Shown piece by piece: positions 9,499-16,247 of a stretch of DNA of 35,357 bases. The position numbers and the translations under genes are program-made. The notes under the pieces were generated by a model. It was not told the DNA's origin and made no database searches. It was given only the letters and a program-made list of their open reading frames with translations. The first letter of the stretch is position 1; each line of letters starts with the position of its first letter. The stretch is from a virus (Duplodnaviria > Caudoviricetes): positions 1 through 35,357 of IMG/VR virus record IMGVR_UViG_3300032277_000036; one strand, given 5' to 3'.

Positions 9499-9933
9499 TT
9501 ACGTCTCGTAGTAGTACATCGTCTCCGTTCCCACGTTATCCATGGTCTTTAGAGCCTTCTTGATGACATCCTCAGACGCACCCACAAGCTCCGACAACTC
9601 TCTCAAGCTATATAAGTCAGGCGCATCGCCATTCCCCATCGCCTTTCGAAGGTTGTTATGTAAACTCGCAACTTGGTCCTGCGTACTCACGCTCTGGGCC
9701 TTGATAACCCGCCACGGCGTGTCTCCTTTGACATCCCCCGAGTTCGGTATCATGATAGCGCGTGTCTCCAACCCCTCCTCGAGGTCAAAGGCTTTCACCA
9801 CCTTGGCAGGGATAAAGCACCGCTCTCCCTCGTCAGTAATCCCAAACGCTGTTTGAGTGTCCATTATGTCCAAGACAATAACCGATGCCTCTTTCAAGAT
9901 GTCGTTAAAAATTGGGTTCGTATAGTTCGCCAT
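9499..9933 (-). CDS. Hypothetical protein (possible OB-fold N-terminus plus C-terminal HTH)
   Basis: 144 aa, AAGGAG RBS; YSLRELSELVGASEDVIKKAL is HTH-like. Confidence 0.7.
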   Translation of the reverse strand: MANYTNPIFNDILKEASVIVLDIMDTQTAFGITDEGERCFIPAKVVKAFDLEEGLETRAIMIPNSGDVKGDTPWRVIKAQSVSTQDQVASLHNNLRKAMGNGDAPDLYSLRELSELVGASEDVIKKALKTMDNVGTETMYYYET

Positions 9934-10037
9934 TTGCTTCTTTCTCCTTTAGGTAATTTAGTTCGTCTACTAGCTGCTCGATCCTCGGATCTGCGGTTTC
10001 TTCCCACAGTATGTCATCGATCTGTTTATCTAATTCT

Positions 10038-10385
10038 TTAATCCTTGTCGGGATGTACGTTAGAAACGGGCTCATCTTTACTCCTCGGTAATCCGTATCT
10101 CGATTTAATCTGACGCAATGACTTGATCGTCAGACCCATGATGTCCGCCGCATCGTTCAAAGACATCTCACGTTGCAGCAATTTGTTTAGCATCGCCGCA
10201 TCCTTGGATAACGACAACTTCGGACGCCCACCCTTGTTCACGCTGGTGTGCTTCTTAAACCCGTTCAACGCGCTGTTGCTAACCCCACCATTCCAACGCG
10301 GGTTTACCACCTTGTCCTTGATGTTCTGAGCCAGCCACTTCTCTCGATACCGATCCTCGTATTTAATCCTCTCAAACTCTGTCAT
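10038..10385 (-). CDS. Hypothetical HTH-containing protein
   Basis: GGRPK followed by MSLNDAADIMGLTIKSLRQIKSRYGL. Confidence 0.7.
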   Translation of the reverse strand: MTEFERIKYEDRYREKWLAQNIKDKVVNPRWNGGVSNSALNGFKKHTSVNKGGRPKLSLSKDAAMLNKLLQREMSLNDAADIMGLTIKSLRQIKSRYGLPRSKDEPVSNVHPDKD

Positions 10386-10570
10386 ATCTGTTTCCCCGCC
10401 TCTCGAAGGTTCTTGACGTATGTGTCAAGCTCCTCACGCGCAGCAAACAACTCACGCTGCACATTGGGCCGCGCATCACGGCGATACCGCTCGTCCTGCA
10501 ACGCATCAACCTGACGCTTGAGCCAACGCAACTGCGCTGCCTGAAACTTCGTTAAATCCTGATCACCCAT
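10382..10570 (-). CDS. Hypothetical protein
   Basis: 62 aa, GGAGG RBS, stop overlaps the next start (ATGA). Confidence 0.7.
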   Translation of the reverse strand: MGDQDLTKFQAAQLRWLKRQVDALQDERYRRDARPNVQRELFAAREELDTYVKNLREAGKQI

Positions 10571-10805
10571 TGTCTACCTCCGGTCTAGCTCGAGGACGAA
10601 CGATCCTTGAAACTTCCTTCGTTACCTCGCAAAACATCATGATGTTGTTACCATACAAGTCATAAAGCTCCTCGTACAAGGGCATCGCTACGTCGTTCTG
10701 CAATACCTCCTGACAATGGTCCTCGTTCTCGAACCAAACCACCGTCTGAAGCTCCTTGCCTTGCATCTCATAATGCAAAACCAACGCTGTAAAGTATTCA
10801 ATCAT
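10563..10805 (-). CDS. Hypothetical protein (MIEYFTALVL...)
   Basis: Start at ATG 10805, TGATG-coupled to the upstream micro-ORF. Confidence 0.7.
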   Translation of the reverse strand: MIEYFTALVLHYEMQGKELQTVVWFENEDHCQEVLQNDVAMPLYEELYDLYGNNIMMFCEVTKEVSRIVRPRARPEVDNG

Positions 10806-10873
10806 CACCAATCACTCCCGAACACCTTGCGAAAGATTTCATCTAACATTCGATCCATCTCCTTATCGGTCAT
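10805..10873 (-). CDS. 22-aa microprotein MTDKEMDRMLDEIFRKVFGSDW
   Basis: GAGGAG 7 nt before ATG; fills the operon gap; stop overlaps the next ATG. Below the ORF-track cutoff. Confidence 0.55.
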   Translation of the reverse strand: MTDKEMDRMLDEIFRKVFGSDW

Positions 10874-11135
10874 TCGCACACTCCTCGCAAATATAAGCAT
10901 CGTGACCCATTCCAAGCGTCACCACCTCGCCGCAATCACACAACCGCGACACCTCACCATCACCAGAACACTCGTTACATGGCTCTTGGACCTCGTCCAA
11001 ATAACCAACATCACGACCAAAACCTTGCGGTCGCGCAACCTCGTAAAATACCTGACCCAACCCGTCACACTCAGAACACACATCCATGATCGGCGTCTCC
11101 ATCGCCTCAATCAAAAGGTTTTTGATCTTACCCAT
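10863..11135 (-). CDS. DnaJ-type zinc-finger-like small protein
   Basis: CSECDGLG and CNECSGDG (CxxCxGxG twice) plus CDC and CEEC. Confidence 0.75.
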   Translation of the reverse strand: MGKIKNLLIEAMETPIMDVCSECDGLGQVFYEVARPQGFGRDVGYLDEVQEPCNECSGDGEVSRLCDCGEVVTLGMGHDAYICEECANDR

Positions 11136-11337
11136 TTTCTCCCTCCACCAACTTATAAATGATAGTTCCTACGTCCTCGTAATCCTCCAGCGTACCCCAA
11201 TTCACCTCCATGTCAGTGTAACCAAAGTCCGCGTCCTCGAACCGCATCTTAATCACTGCGTCCAATAACGTCTCCGCTGGCATCGTAAACGGAACCGCGC
11301 CATACTCATTCTCATACCAACCGTTAAGCTCCCTCAT
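11128..11337 (-). CDS. Hypothetical acidic protein
   Basis: 69 aa, overlapping neighbours in the operon. Confidence 0.65.
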   Translation of the reverse strand: MRELNGWYENEYGAVPFTMPAETLLDAVIKMRFEDADFGYTDMEVNWGTLEDYEDVGTIIYKLVEGENG

Positions 11338-11657
11338 GATACAAAATCCAAATCAAAGCTGTAATACGGCTCAACATATCCCCACTTGCAATCAGGGATT
11401 TGCATCGAAGCAAACACAGCCCACTCATACGGACCAGCCTCAAACGATACATGCCAAACCTTTTCGTACCCCTGCGCCTTGCGCTCCTCTGGGGTCTTGA
11501 TGTGAACCTCGTAACTCGGATCCATGCCAACCATCTTACACCACTTGCACAACGCTCCATACAACCCCTTCGCCGCACCAGCCTTCGTCTTGTATGACGC
11601 CGGATCCCAGTCCAACGTCATCGTACCCTCTTCCAAACAATCAAAACTAAACATCAC
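11334..11657 (-). CDS. Hypothetical protein
   Basis: 107 aa, ATGA overlaps at both ends. Confidence 0.7.
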   Translation of the reverse strand: MMFSFDCLEEGTMTLDWDPASYKTKAGAAKGLYGALCKWCKMVGMDPSYEVHIKTPEERKAQGYEKVWHVSFEAGPYEWAVFASMQIPDCKWGYVEPYYSFDLDFVS

Positions 11658-11905
11658 TCATCCTCCTCATAATGCGAAGCAAGCTCATGGTAATCAATCT
11701 CACCCAAAGCACAGTTAAATAGGTCAGTCATGAAACCGTTAGCGTCAGGTCCATCAAGCAAAGCCGAAGCCATCTCGTCAACCATCAGCTCAATGTAAGC
11801 AGCATTGATCTCACACCCCGCTTCTTGGTCCATGGTTAAGCTGTCGCCTATCCACAGGTTCACCAACCAAGTCTCTTTGTTCTTCCAACCGTTATAAGAC
11901 ATCAC
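11654..11905 (-). CDS. Conserved small phage protein (YNGWKNKETWLVNLW motif)
   Basis: Recognisable YNGW.N.ETW.V.LW motif of small phage proteins. Confidence 0.75.
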   Translation of the reverse strand: MMSYNGWKNKETWLVNLWIGDSLTMDQEAGCEINAAYIELMVDEMASALLDGPDANGFMTDLFNCALGEIDYHELASHYEEDE

Positions 11906-12159
11906 ACTCTCCCATAAAAAATATTGTGAATGTCAGCAGGCTTGCTACGGTCCAACTTAAACTCCGAAGTGTAATAACCGTGAATGCGATCCCGTCTGCT
12001 CGAAACACTGCCCTTGAATACAACAATCTCTGTCACCGGACCTTGGTCCTTGAACATCTCACGATTGCGGAAGTACCTCGCCCGTAGGGCCTTGATCGTT
12101 TTCAAGGTGGGGCTCAACAGGACAGTGCCGTCCTCGCATATAGCATTGTATGAATACAT
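11902..12159 (-). CDS. Hypothetical protein, first gene of leftward cluster
   Basis: AGGAG RBS; lies downstream of the promoter at 12241-12212. Confidence 0.72.
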   Translation of the reverse strand: MYSYNAICEDGTVLLSPTLKTIKALRARYFRNREMFKDQGPVTEIVVFKGSVSSRRDRIHGYYTSEFKLDRSKPADIHNIFYGRV

Positions 12160-12211
12160 CTTAGTCTCCTAGATAAATAATTAGATAGCGAAGCACTTGT
12201 GCTTCGAGAAC

Positions 12212-12241
12212 AACTTAACCACAAGTAGACTTGGAAGTCAA
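12212..12241 (-). promoter_or_regulatory. Leftward sigma70-like promoter TTGACT-N18-TAAGTT
   Basis: Near-consensus -35; palindrome CGAAGCAC-TT-GTGCTTCG (12189-12206) just downstream. Confidence 0.6.
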
Positions 12242-12246
12242 GCGCG

Positions 12247-12424
12247 CTGAGTACAGTATAGACACTTTCCCACAGTTTTTTTGTTTTTTTTTTTTTTCAA
12301 TCCAAATATGGTGTCCCCACCGTCCTCAAACGTCCTCACCCTTGATTTCACTTGTTAAAACTGCCCTCATCTGAGTACACTTGTGAGGACGTGAGGACGT
12401 TTAGCTGGAGAAAAGTGCTATATA
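12247..12424. repeat. Candidate replication origin: T-tract plus inverted iteron pairs
   Basis: T-run ~12275-12297; CGTCCTCA at 12321 and 12331; its complement TGAGGACG at 12384 and 12392; CTGAGTACA at 12247 and 12371; flanking imperfect inverted repeat. Confidence 0.6.
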
Positions 12425-12432
12425 GGGAGCGG

Positions 12433-12461
12433 TTGCTTTCCAAATCTTGTTGTTGTAAATT
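12433..12461 (+). promoter_or_regulatory. Rightward promoter TTGCTT-N17-TAAATT for terS
   Basis: 17-nt spacing; followed by the TTGTGG...CCACAA hairpin and GAGG RBS. Confidence 0.55.
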
Positions 12462-12487
12462 GTGGTTAGACCACAACCGAGGTGACT

Positions 12488-13060
12488 ATGGGAAAGCTGG
12501 AAAAGAAGATTGAAGAGGAACATGGTCGGACGTTGACCAACCGACAGCGCACCTTTGCGAGGCACATCGTCGAAGGGATTTACTCAAACGCAGAGGCGGC
12601 TCGAAAGGCTGGGTATTCAGCAGAAGTGGCGAACACCAGCGCGTCAAAGCTGCTCAACGGCAGAGATTATCCCCATGTTTTGGAATATGTGCAGGAGCTC
12701 CGAGAGGAGAGGCAGCGCCGTTACGGTGTCACCACTATCGGTCAGTTAGAACGGCTGTACAAGCTGTCATCTGGCGCAGAGGAGGCGGGACAGTTTTCTG
12801 CCGCCATCAATGCTGAAAAAATTCGCGCTGCGCTGGGTGGCCTCACGGTCGACCGGAGAGAAAACATAAACACCATTGATCAGATGTCACGGGACGAGAT
12901 TACAGCCCGACTTGCTGCGTTGCAGAAACAGTATCCGCAAGCCTTTGTGATCGAAGGGACAGCAAAGGACATAACACCAGATGAGCAAGGGACCGGAGGC
13001 GAACTTTTGGCAATCGATCAGGACAAATCTGCCGAGCAAGTGCTTCGCCACGAGGATTGA
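12488..13060 (+). CDS. terS: Terminase small subunit
   Basis: LTNRQRTFARHIV...SNAEAARKAGYS...ASKLL N-terminal HTH typical of Terminase_2-family TerS; AAINAEK motif. Confidence 0.82.
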   Translation: MGKLEKKIEEEHGRTLTNRQRTFARHIVEGIYSNAEAARKAGYSAEVANTSASKLLNGRDYPHVLEYVQELREERQRRYGVTTIGQLERLYKLSSGAEEAGQFSAAINAEKIRAALGGLTVDRRENINTIDQMSRDEITARLAALQKQYPQAFVIEGTAKDITPDEQGTGGELLAIDQDKSAEQVLRHED

Positions 13061-13373
13061 AAACAAGCATGGAGGGGGCGTACCGGACGTTCACGCCGTC
13101 TGGGATGGCGTTCCTTTTTGGCTCGAGCTCAAGGTAGCGAACTCCAACGCCGTCCGCGTCTCGCCTCACCAGATCGCGTGGCATATGGCTTATTGGGCTC
13201 GAGGAGGGGCAACTTTCTTCTTAGTAAAGGCCCCCTCTTTGAAGAGTATATATTTGTTTGAGGGTGACAAAGGTCCTAGTTTGCATGATCACGGGCTGTC
13301 TGGGACTGCTGGGCATAGGTTCGAGGGTTTTGGTTCGATGTTCGAGGCCCTGCGGCCCCTTGCGCAGCGATAA
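12981..13373 (+). CDS. PD-(D/E)XK nuclease (Holliday junction resolvase/VRR-NUC-like)
   Basis: E..FW...RIEN...GVPDV...FWLELK...SPHQIAWH. Confidence 0.8.
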   Translation: MSKGPEANFWQSIRTNLPSKCFATRIENKHGGGVPDVHAVWDGVPFWLELKVANSNAVRVSPHQIAWHMAYWARGGATFFLVKAPSLKSIYLFEGDKGPSLHDHGLSGTAGHRFEGFGSMFEALRPLAQR

Positions 13374-13540
13374 AGCCCTGCGGCCCCTCGCGCCGTTTTA
13401 CACCCGCGAGGCGACCGAGGAACGAGGGAGCCGAGCTCACTAAACATGTGTCGAGGAACGAGACTCAATTTAAACAAACACTTATCGAGCGACTAGCGAG
13501 ATTCATTTTAGACTAAACTTTGTCACGCGACTAGCGTGAC
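13347..13540 (+). repeat. Cluster of short repeats and mini-hairpins
   Basis: GCCCTGCGGCCCCTYGCGC at 13347 and 13375; CGAGGAACGAG at 13416 and 13452; GCGACTAGCG at 13489 and 13527. Confidence 0.75.
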
Positions 13541-13559
13541 TCCATGTATGATAGTAGTT

Positions 13560-13578
13560 GGGGGAGCCGAAGCCCCCC
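13560..13578 (-). terminator. C(UUCG)G hairpin at the end of the small-gene operon
   Basis: Minus strand GGGGGGC-TTCG-GCTCCCC right after the 13584 stop; weak U-tail; 16-nt core repeated at 14567-14582. Confidence 0.55.
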
Positions 13579-13583
13579 GTTAG

Positions 13584-13814
13584 TTACCAGTAGTTGCGTG
13601 TTGTTCTGGCTTCGGTTTCGAACATCTCCTCCGCCATGGCCTCCTCTTCCTTGTCGACGGCGCTACCGTCTGTTTGCAGGATATCTTTGAGCTCACCTCC
13701 TGACAGTCCGAGCATCCCGGCGTATGTCAGGATTGAGAGGTCAGGGTTGCTGTCGTAGTAGTCGCGGATCTCGTCGTCGGTCCATTCGAACATTGGTCTC
13801 ATGACATTCTCCAC
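13584..13814 (-). CDS. Hypothetical acidic protein
   Basis: 76-aa ORF in operon (start may be ATG 13802). Confidence 0.7.
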   Translation of the reverse strand: MENVMRPMFEWTDDEIRDYYDSNPDLSILTYAGMLGLSGGELKDILQTDGSAVDKEEEAMAEEMFETEARTTRNYW

Positions 13815-13999
13815 ACTCTAATTTTGTCATCTATGGTTCGTGCAGCGATTGTGAAACCCATACCCAATGCTGCTTTTCTCATTGACATATATTGAGATTT
13901 GTTGTCGAGGAGGACGCTGTCTCCAACGCTCATTTTGTTTAAAAGGTTTTTCCATACTGAGCGGCGTAGTGGAATTGGAATGTTCTTTTCGATTCTCAT
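13799..13999 (-). CDS. Small putative DNA-binding phage protein (MRIEKNIPIP...MSVGDSV...IRVWR)
   Basis: Recognisable IEK.IPIP / M.VGDS / RVWR motif; AGGAGG RBS. Confidence 0.75.
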   Translation of the reverse strand: MRIEKNIPIPLRRSVWKNLLNKMSVGDSVLLDNKSQYMSMRKAALGMGFTIAARTIDDKIRVWRMS

Positions 14000-14008
14000 G
14001 TTGTCCTC

Positions 14009-14206
14009 CTATTGGAACAGTGTGTCGTATTCGTGGGTTGAAAGGAAGTGTCGGAAGTTATTGTCGACACCGAGTTGGTACGCGTCCCATTCGTCACGGA
14101 ACTGCTGTGCATCGTCGCCCTGTATGAAGAACGACCAGCCTGCTTCGTACTCGCGGACCTCGACACCATAGCCGAGGTCCTTCATCTGATATCCGCCTAT
14201 GCGCAT
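14009..14206 (-). CDS. Hypothetical protein
   Basis: 65-aa ORF in operon; start uncertain. Confidence 0.65.
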   Translation of the reverse strand: MRIGGYQMKDLGYGVEVREYEAGWSFFIQGDDAQQFRDEWDAYQLGVDNNFRHFLSTHEYDTLFQ

Positions 14207-14544
14207 GGTAGCGGTTCCATGGCCCGGAGCTCACTGAGGTAGAAGTGATCGTGGTCTCCGAGGGGCATCATCTTCTCGCCACCTAGTACCAGATACTGTG
14301 CGTGATCGCGTTGTGCTACGCCCCAGTATCGATACCCGAATGTGGTGAGTATGCCGTTGATGCGCTCGCGTGTTGTGACGGTGGGCCAACCTGCGAGGGT
14401 GAAGCCGATGTCTCCGTCGAGTGTGCGCCATGCGATGCGGTTGTTGTGTAGCCAGACGATCTCGCCATTGGTGCGTGTTCGTGCTGCGTTGGCTGCGGTG
14501 CGACGGAAGAAAGCCCGTGCGATCTTGTCAGTTTCTTGTCTCAT
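14197..14544 (-). CDS. Conserved hypothetical phage protein (LHNNRIA...GWPTVTTRERIN)
   Basis: GW.T.TT.ER.N motif common in small phage proteins; AAGGA RBS. Confidence 0.75.
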   Translation of the reverse strand: MRQETDKIARAFFRRTAANAARTRTNGEIVWLHNNRIAWRTLDGDIGFTLAGWPTVTTRERINGILTTFGYRYWGVAQRDHAQYLVLGGEKMMPLGDHDHFYLSELRAMEPLPCA

Positions 14545-14564
14545 TAGATAGATCCTTTGAAGGT

Positions 14565-14584
14565 GCGGGAGCCGAAGCCCCCGC
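14565..14584 (-). other. Intercistronic C(UUCG)G hairpin
   Basis: Minus strand GCGGGGGC-TTCG-GCTCCCGC with no U-tract. Confidence 0.6.
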
Positions 14585-14592
14585 GGTTGAAG

Positions 14593-14823
14593 TTAGTCGA
14601 CTGTGACCGAGAAGGTGTTGTTGCCAAACCAGTTGGTAATCTTGTGGTCGATGTCGAACTCCTCGATCATGTCTGCAATCTCTGACGAGTGATCGTAGAT
14701 GTCGAAGGATGTGGAGTTCATACCCTCCTGAAGATCGTTGACCTTCTGCTCGATACGTTCGTCGACCTTCTCCTGAATGATTGCCATGATCAGGTCAGCT
14801 AGTTGGTTAGTTTGATTTTCCAT
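14593..14823 (-). CDS. Hypothetical acidic protein
   Basis: 76 aa, AGGAG RBS. Confidence 0.72.
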   Translation of the reverse strand: MENQTNQLADLIMAIIQEKVDERIEQKVNDLQEGMNSTSFDIYDHSSEIADMIEEFDIDHKITNWFGNNTFSVTVD

Positions 14824-14977
14824 CTGTGATCTCCTGTGTTAGATGGGCTGCTAGATTAAATGCCATGCAAGCGGCGACCATGATGTGTGCTCGGTCGCTT
14901 GCATTGTGCGCGTTGATCCACTCGAGTAGTTCGTCCCACGACTTGGGTGTGTGGAACATGCCGATTGGCTCAAGCAT
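14807..14977 (-). CDS. Hypothetical protein (MLEPIGMFHTPKSWDEL...)
   Basis: AAGGAGG RBS before ATG 14977. Confidence 0.68.
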   Translation of the reverse strand: MLEPIGMFHTPKSWDELLEWINAHNASDRAHIMVAACMAFNLAAHLTQEITDGKSN

Positions 14978-15236
14978 CAATAGATTCCTCCTTCTTGATT
15001 GTGTACTCGACGACGGTGTCAAACTTGGCGACATCGTACTTGCTGTCGTGCTGCATCGATTTGAATGCTTCTGCTAGGATCTGACGTAGATCCTTGTGCA
15101 ACTGACGCTCAGAGCTCCAGCCGTTCCACTCGGCACCGTGCTCGGTCATGAGGCGGTCGATTGTTTTGAGCTCCCGAAGTGTAAGGTTAAGGCTGATTGG
15201 TAGTTGATCGATGTCTGTATAGTTTTTAGTAGCCAT
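14970..15236 (-). CDS. Hypothetical protein, first gene downstream of the structured element
   Basis: 88 aa, strong AGGAGG RBS (15242-15247). Confidence 0.75.
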   Translation of the reverse strand: MATKNYTDIDQLPISLNLTLRELKTIDRLMTEHGAEWNGWSSERQLHKDLRQILAEAFKSMQHDSKYDVAKFDTVVEYTIKKEESIDA

Positions 15237-15257
15237 TGTGGCCTCCTATGTTTGAGT

Positions 15258-15600
15258 TACTACAACGCACATGGAACTTCGTGCATTGTCCCATCAACTA
15301 GCCGCACGTTTAATCGCGCCGAGGAACGAGGGAATCGTCAAGGGGGTTTAGCAGAGCGGCGCAAAATGTGAGATCTCAGGTTCTGATGCTACGTCATGGG
15401 CTCACTGGCACTGAGGGTGATCCTTGGCGCGAGGCACCCATGACGTTGCGTCAGGTTCTGTGATGTTGCATTTTGGGCAAACTCCCGACCCCTCACGCGC
15501 ACATAAGCGTAGCGTTGGAGCATGTGGGGTTGACGACGCATTAAACGGGATGGCCTCCCGGGGGGACAATCCGCACGGGGGTTCATGTGTGTGTGTAGTA
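15258..15600 (+). other. Large branched foldback (structured ssDNA or ncRNA), domain 1
   Basis: Nested complementary pairs: 15258-15292 with 15563-15600, 15307-15314 with 15540-15547, 15336-15341 with 15530-15535, 15342-15349 with 15479-15486, and a 39-position unbulged stem 15362-15400 with 15437-15475. Confidence 0.8.
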
Positions 15601-15605
15601 GTCTA

Positions 15606-15922
15606 GGCGCTGGCGCACTCAGGCAGGCTGACCAGCGGAAGAGGCTCCATGCACGACGAGACACCCAAGACGCGAGAACATCTGAAGGATGTTCCCGTCG
15701 CCGGGTGGATCGCCGTAGCATGGAGAGGGAGCGCAGGCCCTGACTGGGCGCATATTGGTACGGTTCCGCTGTCTCTCAGTGCGTGATCCAACGGGGCTAT
15801 AGCCGTTGGCCGACTGTCAGTTCGGAGACTGACACGGGCCGAAGGACCGTATGCGTCAAGGATCGAAGCCCGAAGGGCCAAGACCTGAAGGGGCTTGGTT
15901 CACGAGAGCCTGCCCGGACGCC
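15606..15922 (+). other. Multi-hairpin structured domain 2 with GAA/GGA triloops
   Basis: GGCAGGCT (15622-15629)/AGCCTGCC (15907-15914); CAGCGGAA (15633)/TTCCGCTG (15764); CTCCATGC (15645)/GCATGGAG (15718); GAACATCT-GAA-GGATGTTC; CCAACGG/CCGTTGG; TGTCAG..C-GGA-G..CTGACA; GCCC-GAA-GGGC; CCAAG...CTTGG. Confidence 0.75.
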
Positions 15923-16155
15923 CACCCCCCACACCCCATCGATCAAATCCCCCCACCCCCATGGCACCTCTCTAATTATTCCCACGAGCCAAGGTGCAAA
16001 GAACTACACGCAAGGTACGCAGACACTGGACAGAGATCAGAGTGACAAGGCTCTGCTTACCTGATACACAGACATACTTGCCGGGGTTACTGGAGCATAT
16101 GGTATGGCTGGCGGGGCAGACCCCCCTCCCCCCCACCCCCCTTATATGACCCCCC
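15921..16155 (-). repeat. Two C-tract clusters (G-quadruplex-capable on minus strand)
   Basis: CCCACCCCCCACACCCC...CCCCCCACCCCC (15921-15960) and CCCCCCTCCCCCCCACCCCCC...CCCCCC (16121-16155). Confidence 0.65.
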
Positions 16156-16181
16156 GTTGGTGCGGTGTGCACCCTATAATG

Positions 16182-16210
16182 TTGGTTTTGTAAATTATTT
16201 CGGGTATAAT
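16182..16210 (+). promoter_or_regulatory. Sigma70-like promoter TTGGTT-N17-TATAAT for the rightward structural arm
   Basis: Perfect -10 at 16205-16210; a second TATAAT at 16175-16180. Confidence 0.6.
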
Positions 16211-16247
16211 TCCATTGGGTTGTGTTCCAACAACAAGGAGAGTACAA

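Noticed and set aside
13347-13540. Mini CRISPR array
   Set aside because: Repeats are 10-19 nt, of three different types, only two local copies each, irregularly spaced; no cas genes.
15258-15922. Hammerhead ribozyme, tRNA or self-splicing intron
   Set aside because: No CUGANGA/GAAA core, cloverleaf or interrupted host gene seen by eye; an Infernal scan is needed to exclude other families.
15389-16064. ORF-track frames across the structured region (15389-15721, 15424-15606, 15603-15881, 15783-16064, 15797-15985, 15851-16045)
   Set aside because: No RBSs or recognisable motifs, Arg/Pro/Ser-rich shadow composition; base-pairing explains the sequence better.
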